Assembly (NCBI GenBank): GCA_029573725.1
Contig: JAKQDQ010000122.1
Span: forward strand, 100,156-164,155
DNA: 64,000 nucleotides
Origin: Verrucomicrobiota bacterium
Lineage (GTDB): Bacteria; Verrucomicrobiota; Verrucomicrobiia; Limisphaerales; JADLHS01
Direction of reading: 5' to 3'
Below the pieces are notes generated by a model. The model was not told the DNA's origin, did not search any database, and saw only the letters and a list, made by a program, of their open reading frames with translations. Positions within the stretch are counted from its first letter, which is position 1. The number at the start of each line of letters is the position of its first letter. A program made the translations under genes and the position numbers. Positions 29,852-39,157 of the stretch are shown piece by piece.

Positions 29852-30954
29852 TATTCGGGTTCGCTTTTGCCCAGACGCGCTTCGATGGCCTGGATGGCCC
29901 AACGGGCGTGCTCGGCGATCAACGGTTCCGGGTCCTGCGCCGCCTTGGCCAGGGCGGGCAGGGCGCGTGCGTCGCCCACATTGCCCAGGGCCACACATAC
30001 ATTGCGCAAAATGCCGCGGCGTTTCGTGCGAATCAGCGGTGTGCCGGCAAATTTTTGTTTGAAGCCCGCGTTGTCCAGCGCCAGCAGTTCGATGAGATCT
30101 TGCACGCCCAATTCCGGTTTGGCGTGAGCCTTCATGATTTTTCCCGACCGGGCAAATTTGTTCCACGGGCAGGCGGCGAGGCAATCGTCACAACCGAAAA
30201 TGCGGTTGCCAATCAGCGGCCGGAGTTCCACGGGAATGGCACCTTTCAACTCGATGGTGAGGTAGGAAATGCATCGGCGGGCGTCCAGCCGGAACGGGGC
30301 CGTGATCGCGCCGGTCGGACATGCGGTGATGCAACTGGTGCAGGTGCCGCAGCGATTCTTTTCCGGCTCGTCGGGCGGCAGTTCCAGGGTTGTGATGATC
30401 TCCGCAAGGATGATCCAGTTGCCGCGGCTCCGGCTGATGAGGTTGTTGTGCTTGCCGATGAACCCGATGCCGGCGCGCTGGGCCAGCTCGCGCTCCAGAA
30501 TCGGACCGGTATCCACATACCAGAGTGAGCGGGTGTCCGGCCCGCCCTGCTGGTTCACAAAGTCGTTGAGTGCTTTGAGGCCGGCCTTGAGTACGTCGTG
30601 ATAGTCCGTATGGCGCGCATACCGGGCAATCACTCCGTGGAGAGGAGCCACCGGGACGGGGGGCATTGAGGATGCGGAGCTTCCAGCATTTGGGCGGCAC
30701 TGTGCCGCCGGTTCGTCGGCGTAAGAAATGGCCAGGGCGATGATGGTTTTGGCGCCGCGCAGGACGAGGTCAGGGTTGGCGCGTTTTTCCGCATTCCGCG
30801 CCAGCCAGCCCATTTCACCATGGTGATTGTCCTGCAACCAGGCCTGAAAATACGTGGCGCCGTCCGGCGGTGCCGCCGTTGTAAACCGGCAGTCATCGAA
30901 ACCCAGATTCAGCGCATGCTGGCGAATGAGTTCTTTCATTGTTGCCAAGTCCAT
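29851..30954 (-). CDS. queG: tRNA epoxyqueuosine(34) reductase
   Basis: 367 aa. ...IARYARHTDYH..., the ferredoxin motifs CGTCTSCITACPTGAI and CDDCLAACPWN, and C-terminal HEAT-like repeats. Confidence 0.9.
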   Translation of the reverse strand: MDLATMKELIRQHALNLGFDDCRFTTAAPPDGATYFQAWLQDNHHGEMGWLARNAEKRANPDLVLRGAKTIIALAISYADEPAAQCRPNAGSSASSMPPVPVAPLHGVIARYARHTDYHDVLKAGLKALNDFVNQQGGPDTRSLWYVDTGPILERELAQRAGIGFIGKHNNLISRSRGNWIILAEIITTLELPPDEPEKNRCGTCTSCITACPTGAITAPFRLDARRCISYLTIELKGAIPVELRPLIGNRIFGCDDCLAACPWNKFARSGKIMKAHAKPELGVQDLIELLALDNAGFKQKFAGTPLIRTKRRGILRNVCVALGNVGDARALPALAKAAQDPEPLIAEHARWAIQAIEARLGKSEPE

Positions 30955-31054
30955 CGGATGCGGCCCGGTGGACGACCCGGGGGCGGATGAGTTGCCACGG
31001 GCGACCCCGGCTCCACCCGGACATCAGTCTAGCAGGCTTGTAAAGGGACCGGCC

Positions 31055-31600
31055 TCATGGGGGGGAGGCGGGCCCGAGTCGAAACTGGTTGACGATTTGT
31101 TGTGCAACCTCGCGGGCGGGTCGAAAATCGCTGTTGATCAGGACGTCGGCCCGGCGGTAAAACGGCTCGCGTTCGTTCAACAGGGTCCGGATCTTGTCGA
31201 GGGGATTGGTTCCCTGCAAGAGCGGCCGGTGGGATTGATCCCGGACACGTTCGTAAATCCGCTCCGGTGAAGCCCACAGACAGACCACCAGGGCGTGTTG
31301 CTTGAGGCTTTCCAGATTTCCCGGATGGATCGGCAGGCCGCCTCCAGTGGCAATAACGGTACGGTCACGGTGCGCGAGCTCGGCGACCAGTTGAGTTTCC
31401 AATTGGCGAAACATCGCTTCACTGTGTTGGGTGAAGATTTCCGTTATGGATTTGCCACATCGTTGCTCAATCAGAAAATCCGTATCGAGGAAATCGAATT
31501 TGAGCTGTTCGGCCAGCAACCGCCCGACAGTGGACTTGCCGGTACCCATGAAGCCGATAAGCGCAAGATTCCGGAAGTGACGCCCGCTGGACACAAGCAC
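31055..31600 (-). CDS. aroK: shikimate kinase
   Basis: 181 aa with P-loop LIGFMGTGKSTVGRLLA. It starts at a GTG. Confidence 0.9.
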   Translation of the reverse strand: MLVSSGRHFRNLALIGFMGTGKSTVGRLLAEQLKFDFLDTDFLIEQRCGKSITEIFTQHSEAMFRQLETQLVAELAHRDRTVIATGGGLPIHPGNLESLKQHALVVCLWASPERIYERVRDQSHRPLLQGTNPLDKIRTLLNEREPFYRRADVLINSDFRPAREVAQQIVNQFRLGPASPP

Positions 31601-31692
31601 AGTTTAGAAAAGCCGGGTGCCACGGCCAATCAGAAAAGCCGGCCCCGCCTGTGGCGCGGGCAAGGGGTTGGCGCGGTTGCGTGGCCCAGAGG

Positions 31693-32160
31693 TCAAATGA
31701 CAAAGTCGTACGAATTTTGCGACTGTTGCTCCAGCTTGCGGGCCCGTTCCACGAGATCGTTGAGCGTGGTGGTTTCCATTCTGTCGGCCACCCAATCGCG
31801 TACTTCCTGCATCACGCTCCGAATCGCACAATGCGCTTCGTCGGGGCAGGTGCATTTTTCGTAAAAGTATTTACTGACACAACTGACCGGAGCGAGTGGG
31901 CCCTCGATGTGGCGGATGATTTCCGCCAGACTGATTTGTTGCGGTGGTCGTTTAAGCCGGTACCCACCGGCCACCCCGCGCTTGCTCACCACCAGACCGG
32001 CTGATTTAAGATCATTTAAGATTTGTTCGAGAAAACGTTTGGGAATTTTCTGTTTGCTGGAAATGGCCTGAATCCGGATGACAGAATCGTCGTTCCGAAA
32101 GTTACGTGCGAGCACCTGCATTGCGCGCAGGGCATACTGGCCTCGGACCGTTAACTTCAT
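31693..32160 (-). CDS. Rrf2-family transcriptional regulator with a Cys cluster (possible Fe-S ligands)
   Basis: MKLTVRGQYALRAM...KIPKRFLEQILNDLKSAGLVVSKRGVAGGYRL is the wHTH. The Cys-rich segment is VSCVSKYFYEKCTCPDEAHC. The gene is divergent from the sulfate-uptake operon. Confidence 0.85.
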   Translation of the reverse strand: MKLTVRGQYALRAMQVLARNFRNDDSVIRIQAISSKQKIPKRFLEQILNDLKSAGLVVSKRGVAGGYRLKRPPQQISLAEIIRHIEGPLAPVSCVSKYFYEKCTCPDEAHCAIRSVMQEVRDWVADRMETTTLNDLVERARKLEQQSQNSYDFVI

Positions 32161-32238
32161 GCGAAAAACTAGAAATCCCCATACTCGAAGTCAAGATTTG
32201 GCCAAGCAGCTGATCGAATCTAAATTACTTAAAATTCA

Positions 32239-32266
32239 TTGACATAGTAGTGATTATGTCTAAGAT
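32239..32266 (+). promoter_or_regulatory. sigma-70-like promoter of the porin/sulfate operon with an embedded inverted repeat (candidate Rrf2 operator)
   Basis: TTGACA (32239-32244), a 16-nt spacer, then TAAGAT (32261-32266). The inverted repeat GACATA-N8-TATGTC (32241-32260) fills the spacer. The region is AT-rich and lies between the divergent rrf2 gene and the operon. Confidence 0.45.
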
Positions 32267-32366
32267 CCTCCGGTTGCGTAATTTTCATTGGCCTTCCGCG
32301 AAATCATGGTGGACGCACACCGAAGTGGAATCTGGACTAGGAATTTGATCTGATAACACACGTTCC

Positions 32367-33767
32367 GTGGACTTAAGAATAATTCAAAAATTGATCGCGA
32401 CCTTTCTCTGGATGGGGCTGCTGGCCGGGAGCGAAAGGGTGGTTGCACAGTCCCCTGGGGTGGATGTGGAGCTCCTGTTGCAACGCCTTGAGGAATTGGA
32501 ACAGAAAGTAAAAACCCTGGAGCGCAACGACACAGAGGACAAGGCCGCGTCGGGAACCGCGCCGGCGCAGGACCAGGTCTGGCCCACGGTTTCGCTGGGT
32601 GCCAACGGGTTGACGGTTACCTCGGTTGACAGCAATTATCTATTTGCGCTGCGTGGGTTTTTGCAGGTTGACAGCCGCACCTTTTGGGATGATGGCGGCA
32701 TTGCCAATAACAACGATTTTTTGCTGCGGCGCGCCCGGCTGATTTTTTCCGGCACGGTTTTACGGGATTTTGATTTTCAGGTGTCCCCGGGCTTCGGCGG
32801 GTCAACAGCGCGGATTTACGATGCTTATTTGCGCTATGGCCATCACCCGTGGTTGCGCGCCCGTATTGGCAAATTCAAAACGCCGGTCGGGTTGGAGGCT
32901 CTCCAATCCGATCAATTTAATGCGTTCAATGAGCGCGCGCTGCCGACCCAGTTGGTGCCCGGTCGAAGTGTCGGTTTTCAACTTGAAGGTGAGATCAATG
33001 ACGGGGCGTTGAGTTATGCGGCCGGGATTTTCAACGGCTTGAGCGACGGACGCAATTCAGGCAATGCGGACTTCAACGACAGCAAGGACTTCGCGGGGCG
33101 GGTGTTCGCGCAGCCGTTCAAACAGGGGGGGGCCGATGGTTGGCGTGGTCTGGGTTTTGGTGTGGGCGGCAGCTGGGGCGATTTTACTGCGGCGAGTGCG
33201 GCGGGGCTGCCCAGCGACCTTGGTTATGTCACCGACGGGCGGCAACAATTCTTCGCCTACACTGCGACCGTTTTGAGTGAGGGCGCGCATTGGCGGGTGG
33301 CGCCGCAGGCATATTATTACGTCGGGCCGTTTCATTTGCTCGGCGAATACGCGCTCTCGGCACAGCGGGTCCGGCAGGCGACGCAAACGGCGCTGTTACG
33401 GCACACCAGCTGGCAGGTGACAGCCGGCTGGGTGTTGACGGGTGAGGCGGCGACGCCCCGTGGTGTGGCGCCGGAGCATCCTTTTGACCTGCGCCGCGGC
33501 AGCTGGGGCGCGTTTGAGATTGTGGGGCGGTACAGTGTGCTGGACCTCGATGATGATGCCTTTCCGGTGTTTGCCAATCCAGGCTCCGCCACCGAAGCGC
33601 GCGCCTGGTCGCTGGGCTTGAACTGGTATCTTAATCAAAACCTGATCTTGAAAACCAGTTACGCGCGCACCACCTTCGACGGTGGCGGCGCAGGGGTGCT
33701 GCCGCCGGCCCCGGTAACCCGGCAGCCGGAGCAGGTGTTTTTCACCCGGGTGCAACTGTCCTTCTAA
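32367..33767 (+). CDS. anion-selective porin of the phosphate-selective porin O/P (OprO/OprP) family
   Basis: GTG start and signal peptide. An N-terminal coiled-coil ([13 protein letters not shown]) is followed by ...[26 protein letters not shown]... The protein ends ...FTRVQLSF with a terminal Phe. Confidence 0.7.
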   Translation: MDLRIIQKLIATFLWMGLLAGSERVVAQSPGVDVELLLQRLEELEQKVKTLERNDTEDKAASGTAPAQDQVWPTVSLGANGLTVTSVDSNYLFALRGFLQVDSRTFWDDGGIANNNDFLLRRARLIFSGTVLRDFDFQVSPGFGGSTARIYDAYLRYGHHPWLRARIGKFKTPVGLEALQSDQFNAFNERALPTQLVPGRSVGFQLEGEINDGALSYAAGIFNGLSDGRNSGNADFNDSKDFAGRVFAQPFKQGGADGWRGLGFGVGGSWGDFTAASAAGLPSDLGYVTDGRQQFFAYTATVLSEGAHWRVAPQAYYYVGPFHLLGEYALSAQRVRQATQTALLRHTSWQVTAGWVLTGEAATPRGVAPEHPFDLRRGSWGAFEIVGRYSVLDLDDDAFPVFANPGSATEARAWSLGLNWYLNQNLILKTSYARTTFDGGGAGVLPPAPVTRQPEQVFFTRVQLSF

Positions 33768-33790
33768 ACCGGGCTCCAAGCCCAAACACC

Positions 33791-34783
33791 ATGAGAATCA
33801 TCTGGAGTCTGCTGCTGTTGGGGATGGCGGTTGGCGTTGATGCCGGCGACATCAAGCTGCTCAACGTCTCGTATGACCCGACGCGCGAGTTGTATCAGGA
33901 TTACAATGCGGCATTTGCGAAATATTGGAAGGCGAAGACGGGGGATACGGTGAAGATCGAACAATCGCATGGCGGTTCCGGCAAACAAACGCGGGCGGTG
34001 GTGGAGGGCTTGGATGCGGATGTGGTCACTCTGGCCCTGGCCTATGACATTGACGCGATTGCCCGGCAGGCGGGGTTGTTGCCGGTCCGGTGGCAGGAGC
34101 GGTTGCCGTATAATTCCGCGCCGTACACCTCGACCATTGTTTTTCTGGTACGGCACGGCAATCCGAAACGGATCAAGGATTGGGAGGACTTGGTGAAGCC
34201 GGGCGTTGCCGTGGTGCCTGCCAATCCGAAAACCTCCGGCGGGGCCCGGTGGGCCTACCTTGCCGCTTGGGGCTCGGCGTTGAAGCGGTCCGGCGGTGAT
34301 GAAACTGCGGCGCGGGAGTTTGTGCGGAAGCTTTACAACCAGGCGCCGATCCTGGATACGGGCGCCCGGGGGGCGACCATTTCATTTGTGCAGCGAGGCA
34401 TTGGAGATGTGTTGATCGTTTGGGAGAACGAGGCTCATCTTGTCCTCCGGGAGTTCGGCGCGGAGAAATTTGAACTGGTTTTGCCCTCCATCAGCATTCT
34501 GGCCGAACCTCCGGTCGCCGTGGTGGATCAGAACGTCCGGCGCCATGGCACCGCCGCGGTGGCCAAAGCCTATCTGGAATATCTCTATTCGGCCGAGGGG
34601 CAGGCGATCGCCGCGAAAAACTTTTACCGGCCGCGGCAGGGGAGCGCGGCCCGGCTGGCGGCGCAATTTCCGCCGCTGGAGCGATTCACCCTGGCCGAGC
34701 TGTTTGGCGACTGGCAACGGGTGCATCGCATTCATTTTGTGGAAGGCGGGGTGTTTGATCAGCTGCAACAACCGTCCCGATGA
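33791..34783 (+). CDS. cysP: sulfate/thiosulfate ABC transporter substrate-binding protein
   Basis: [24 protein letters not shown]...[34 protein letters not shown]...[13 protein letters not shown]. Confidence 0.9.
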   Translation: MRIIWSLLLLGMAVGVDAGDIKLLNVSYDPTRELYQDYNAAFAKYWKAKTGDTVKIEQSHGGSGKQTRAVVEGLDADVVTLALAYDIDAIARQAGLLPVRWQERLPYNSAPYTSTIVFLVRHGNPKRIKDWEDLVKPGVAVVPANPKTSGGARWAYLAAWGSALKRSGGDETAAREFVRKLYNQAPILDTGARGATISFVQRGIGDVLIVWENEAHLVLREFGAEKFELVLPSISILAEPPVAVVDQNVRRHGTAAVAKAYLEYLYSAEGQAIAAKNFYRPRQGSAARLAAQFPPLERFTLAELFGDWQRVHRIHFVEGGVFDQLQQPSR

Positions 34784-34868
34784 CCGGCTCGAAGTTTGAA
34801 ACCTGGCATGATCCGGCGATGAAAAGGCGTGCGTCCAGCGTGGTGATGCTTGAAACTGCGAACGGCTA

Positions 34869-36062
34869 ATGGCTGCGAACAAGTCCAGCGTGCTTCCCGG
34901 CTTCCGCCTGACCATGGGCTACACCATGCTCTATTTGAGTTTGATCGTGTTGATCCCGATTGGCGCGCTCTTTCTGCGGGTGTTCCAGGCAGGGATGGCA
35001 ACGGCGGCGTTCACGCCGGATGATTTTGACGATTTTCCCGCGCTTTGGGAGCGCCTGGTGCAGCCGCACGATGCGGCGTCGGCGATGGTGTGGGCGCAAT
35101 TTCCGCCGGACACCCGGGCGGCGCTTGCCGCCGTGGCCGAGCCGCAACGGCCACAGGCATTGACCGGCGCCTTGAATCAATTGATCGCCGGTGAAGCCCT
35201 GTTTGCGCCGGCGTCGGCCTCGAATGTGGTGCTCAGCGCAAAGGCGGACTGGTACCTCCGGCATGCACCGCGGTCTGAGTGGTGTAACCGCACCCTCCTG
35301 GAGGATGCGTTCTACGCCCACATCAAAAAGAAAACCAACTGGGTGGATCTTTGGTTGTCCATCAAAAGCCCGCGGGCATTGGCGGCGTACCGGTTGACCT
35401 TTGGTGCCTCGTTGCTGGCGGCGCTGGTGAACGCGGTGTTTGGCACGCTGGTCGCCTGGGTGCTGGTTCGTTACGAGTTTTACGGGCGCCGCTTCCTTGA
35501 TGCGCTGGTGGATTTTCCCTTTGCACTGCCGACCGCCGTGGCCGGGTTGACACTGGCCAGTTTGTTCGCAGCGAATGGCTGGCTGGGGCGTTTTCTGGCG
35601 CGGCCCGCCACTGACGGCCGAATGGAAGCCATCACGCAGTATCTGCCCTGGTTTGGTGTGGTGATCGCCCTGGTTTTTGTGGGGCTGCCCTTCGTGGTGC
35701 GGACGCTGCAGCCGGTTCTGGAAAATTTTGAGCGCGAGGTCGAAGAGGCTTCGGCAATGCTCGGAGCGGGGCGGCTGCATACCTTTCGCCGCGTCATTTT
35801 TCCCTCCCTGCTGCCTTCCATACTCACCGGGTTCGCCCTGGCGTTTGCGCGCGCGATCGGGGAATTCGGCTCGGTGATCTTTGTGTCCAGCAATCTGCCG
35901 TATCGGAGCGAGATCGCCCCTTATCTCATCGTGGTGCGGCTGGAATCGTATGATTACGCGGGTGCCATGGCCCTGGCGGTGGTGCTGCTCATATTCTCCT
36001 TTGGCCTGCTGGTGGGCATCAACGTCATTGAGCAGTGGGCGGGCCGGTTTGTGAAGGAATAG
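34869..36062 (+). CDS. cysT: sulfate ABC transporter permease CysT with a large inserted periplasmic loop
   Basis: VLPGFRLTMGY..., DALVDFPFALPTAVAGLTLASLF, and the EAA region ...EEASAMLGAGRLHTFRRVIFP. At 397 aa it is far longer than the roughly 277 aa usual for this family. Confidence 0.85.
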   Translation: MAANKSSVLPGFRLTMGYTMLYLSLIVLIPIGALFLRVFQAGMATAAFTPDDFDDFPALWERLVQPHDAASAMVWAQFPPDTRAALAAVAEPQRPQALTGALNQLIAGEALFAPASASNVVLSAKADWYLRHAPRSEWCNRTLLEDAFYAHIKKKTNWVDLWLSIKSPRALAAYRLTFGASLLAALVNAVFGTLVAWVLVRYEFYGRRFLDALVDFPFALPTAVAGLTLASLFAANGWLGRFLARPATDGRMEAITQYLPWFGVVIALVFVGLPFVVRTLQPVLENFEREVEEASAMLGAGRLHTFRRVIFPSLLPSILTGFALAFARAIGEFGSVIFVSSNLPYRSEIAPYLIVVRLESYDYAGAMALAVVLLIFSFGLLVGINVIEQWAGRFVKE

Positions 36063-36114
36063 CGGGCGTGAGCGGGATTGTTGAAGTTTTTCGCAGTGAT
36101 CGGATGACCCAGAT

Positions 36115-37083
36115 ATGGCGGGCATTGTAAAACGACAGAGAATTGCCGGCTGCGTGAAATCGCAGCGCGGCGCCGAAGAATCGGCGGTGGCCAAGTGGCT
36201 GTTGATCGGCGGGGCCATCGCCTTTTGTCTGGTGTTCCTGCTGCTGCCTCTGGCCAATGTGTTTGTCCAGGCCGGGGCGAAGGGGAGCGCGGGATACTGG
36301 CGCGCCATTTCGCACCCGGATGCCTGGGCGGCCATGAAACTTACGCTGTGGATTGCCGCCATCAGCGTGCCGTTGAATCTCCTCTTCGGTTTGGCGGCCG
36401 CCTGGGCGATCGCCAAGTTTGAATTTCGCGGCAAGGCCCTGCTCATCACCCTGATTGATCTGCCGTTCTCGGTGTCGCCGGTGGTGGCCGGCCTGATGTT
36501 TGTGGTGTTGTTCGGATTGCAGGGTTACTTCGGCGCCTGGCTGCGCGATCACGGTTTGCAGGTCATCTTTGCCGTGCCGGGAATGGTGCTCGCGACCGTG
36601 TTCGTCACCTTTCCATTTGTTGCCCGCGAACTGATCCCCGCCATGCAAGCCACCGGCTCGGATCAGGAACACGCCGCGTTGGCGCTCGGCGCCAGCGGCT
36701 GGCAGACGTTTTGGCATGTCACCCTGCCCAGCGCCCGGTGGGGATTGTTGTACGGGGTCATTTTGTGCAACGCGCGGGCGATGGGGGAGTTTGGCGCCGT
36801 GCGCGTGGTCAGCGGCAACATCGCCGGCAAGACGCAGACCATGCCGTTGCGGGTGGAAAGCCTGAACGAGGAATTTCATGGCCAGGCGGCCTTCGCCGTC
36901 GCCAGCTTGCTGGCGTTGCTCGCCCTGGTGACGCTGGCGTTCAAGACGTTTTTGGAATGGCGGCAGCGGCGGGAATTCGTCCTGGCGCAGCAGGCGGCAG
37001 CCGGGGAACTGTCCGTCGTCAGCCCGCCGTCATCAGCCGGCGGCCGGCCGGCGGCCACGAAAGGGACGCGCAAACATGCATAA
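36115..37083 (+). CDS. cysW: sulfate ABC transporter permease CysW
   Basis: ...LIDLPFSVSPVVAGLMFVVLFG..., the EAA loop EHAALALGASGWQTFWHVTLP, and ...GEFGAVRVVSGNIAGKTQTMPL. Confidence 0.85.
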   Translation: MAGIVKRQRIAGCVKSQRGAEESAVAKWLLIGGAIAFCLVFLLLPLANVFVQAGAKGSAGYWRAISHPDAWAAMKLTLWIAAISVPLNLLFGLAAAWAIAKFEFRGKALLITLIDLPFSVSPVVAGLMFVVLFGLQGYFGAWLRDHGLQVIFAVPGMVLATVFVTFPFVARELIPAMQATGSDQEHAALALGASGWQTFWHVTLPSARWGLLYGVILCNARAMGEFGAVRVVSGNIAGKTQTMPLRVESLNEEFHGQAAFAVASLLALLALVTLAFKTFLEWRQRREFVLAQQAAAGELSVVSPPSSAGGRPAATKGTRKHA

Positions 37084-37197
37084 ATTTCAAGCGTCGGCAG
37101 CCGTGCGCCAGCTTGCCTGCCAACGGCGGGAATCTGCGGGAGCGTGCCTGCCGCCGACGCGCCGGCGGCACGGGGCCGTAATCGTTCGGGGCCGGTC

Positions 37198-38301
37198 ATG
37201 AGCATTGAACTTAAACAGATCACCAAGAAATTTGGCGAAGTGACGGCCGTAGCCAACGTCAACTTCACCGTGAATGAAGGCGAGCTGGTGGGCTTGCTGG
37301 GGCCCAGCGGCGGCGGCAAGACCACCGTGTTGCGCATGATTGCCGGATTGGAGGAACCCACCACCGGGGATATTTTTATCCGGGGGCAGCGGGTCAATGA
37401 CGTTTCCGTGCGGCAGCGGAACATTGGCTTCGTCTTTCAGAACTACGCGTTGTTTCGGAACATGAACGTGTTCAAAAACATTGCGTTTGGTCTCAAGGTC
37501 AAAAAGTGGAAGCGGGGGGACATTGCGGCCCGGGTGGCCGAGTTGCTGGAGCAGTTCGATTTGCAGGGCCTGGACCGGCGCTATCCGCACCAGCTTTCCG
37601 GGGGGCAACGCCAACGCGTGGCGATTGCGCGGGCGCTGGCGCCCAGGCCCGGCGTGTTATTGCTTGATGAACCGTTTGGCGCGGTGGACGCCAAAATCCG
37701 CCAGGAGCTGCGGGAGTGGCTGGTGACGCTGCATCACGATTTGAATGTGACCACGATTTTTGTCACGCACGATCAAGAGGAGGCGATGGAGGTTTCCAAC
37801 CGGATTGTCATCTTCTCGAAGGGGCGGCTCGAGCAAATGGGGGCGCCGCGCGAGGTGTATGAACAGCCGGTCAATGAGTTCGTGGCGCGGTTTGTCGGCG
37901 TGATGAACGTGTTGGAAACGGAAGTGCTGGCCGGCGTGGCGCGAATCAATGAATTGCAATTTGTCGCCCCGGGCTATGCGGACGGCGCGCGGTTGCGGAT
38001 TGGATTTCGTCCGTATGCCGTGCAAGTCTCGACCAATTTGAACCTGCTGCCGTATCGGGCGGTTTTGCGGCGCACGTATTTTTTGGGCATCATGCTCCGA
38101 TTGGAATTGGAGCTGGCCAGCGGCCTGACCCTCCGCAGCCGCATGACCAAGGAGGAGTATTCCCAGCTGGGCCTGTACGACGGGGTGGAGGTTTCTCTGC
38201 GAATCAAGAATTACCGTGTGCTGGCCACGGAACATTCCCGTCTGGCTCCGGAGTTGGAATCCGAGTATCAACCGCCTCCGACTTTTGGGGAAAATATTTG
38301 A
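37198..38301 (+). CDS. cysA: sulfate ABC transporter ATP-binding protein
   Basis: Walker A GPSGGGKTT, signature LSGGQRQRVAIARAL, Walker B LLLDEP, and a C-terminal TOBE-like domain. I start it at ATG 37198 (MSIELKQI). Confidence 0.9.
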   Translation: MSIELKQITKKFGEVTAVANVNFTVNEGELVGLLGPSGGGKTTVLRMIAGLEEPTTGDIFIRGQRVNDVSVRQRNIGFVFQNYALFRNMNVFKNIAFGLKVKKWKRGDIAARVAELLEQFDLQGLDRRYPHQLSGGQRQRVAIARALAPRPGVLLLDEPFGAVDAKIRQELREWLVTLHHDLNVTTIFVTHDQEEAMEVSNRIVIFSKGRLEQMGAPREVYEQPVNEFVARFVGVMNVLETEVLAGVARINELQFVAPGYADGARLRIGFRPYAVQVSTNLNLLPYRAVLRRTYFLGIMLRLELELASGLTLRSRMTKEEYSQLGLYDGVEVSLRIKNYRVLATEHSRLAPELESEYQPPPTFGENI

Positions 38302-38376
38302 TCACCGGCGGTTCCGCACCGGGAGGCGTAAACGGCTCGACATCCGCGGCGATTGCGCGCAAATTTCGATCATTCC

Positions 38377-38994
38377 ATGGCGGCGCGCATGGCCTGTTTG
38401 CGAAAACTAAATGCCGATGGCCGGACGGAGATCCTGGAGCTGAAGCTGGGAGTGAACGTCCTCGGGCGCGATGCGGAATCGCACATCCCCGTCAACCATG
38501 CGTCCGTGTCGGCACGCCACTGCGAACTGATTCTGACCGCGGCCGGCGTCCTGGTGCATGATTTGGACTCCACCAACGGCACTTTCGTGGACAATGTTCC
38601 GGTTCGCCAGGCGGTGCTGCAGCCCGGACAAAATCTGCGGCTCGGCAGTGTGGAATTCGTGGTGGAGGATGTAAGTATAAAGATTGCAATCCCGGCAATC
38701 GAGCGGCCCGTGCCGGCCCCTCCCGTGGTGTTACCGGATGGCGTGATGCTCTGCCAGCGCCATCCACACGCCCGGGTGACCCATCGCTGCCCGCACTGCC
38801 ATGCCGTCTTGTGCGACCATTGTGTCACACGTCTGCGACGGCGCGGAGGCAAAACGCTCAAACTCTGCAAGTTGTGCAGTCATCCGGTGACGTCGCTGCA
38901 TTCCCCTTCGTCCCGGGCCAAATCCTTCTGGTCCAGACTGCGGCTGGCCGCCACGCACAAGTTGCCCTTTCTCCACGGCGGCAACAACAAGTGA
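38377..38994 (+). CDS. FHA-domain protein with a C-terminal Cys/His-rich double zinc-binding module
   Basis: The FHA pattern is LGRDAESHIPVNHASVSARHCELI...VHDLDSTNGTFVDN. The C-terminus is CQRH-x8-CPHC-x4-CDHC-x14-CKLCSH. The start could be ATG 38377 or ATG 38389. Confidence 0.7.
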   Translation: MAARMACLRKLNADGRTEILELKLGVNVLGRDAESHIPVNHASVSARHCELILTAAGVLVHDLDSTNGTFVDNVPVRQAVLQPGQNLRLGSVEFVVEDVSIKIAIPAIERPVPAPPVVLPDGVMLCQRHPHARVTHRCPHCHAVLCDHCVTRLRRRGGKTLKLCKLCSHPVTSLHSPSSRAKSFWSRLRLAATHKLPFLHGGNNK

Positions 38995-39157
38995 CGCCGA
39001 AGGATCACCGGATGTCGGCGGCTGAAATCACCGACCGCAAAATCCGGAGCGGGGCGGATATTTCTGGCAGCAGCGGGCGGCGGGGTGTAGAACGTGACGG
39101 AATCCGTCGGGATGAGTGCCGGCAGCCGGCGACCGGCGGGTCGAGGATGCGATTGTC

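Noticed and set aside
32237-32264. A dif-like Xer recombination site (CATA-N8-TATG core, right arm TTATGTCTAAG versus the canonical TTATGTTAAAT).
   Set aside because: Only about 18 of 28 positions fit the general bacterial dif consensus, and the left arm does not match. The repeat sits exactly in the spacer of a good promoter next to an Rrf2 regulator, so an operator is the simpler reading.
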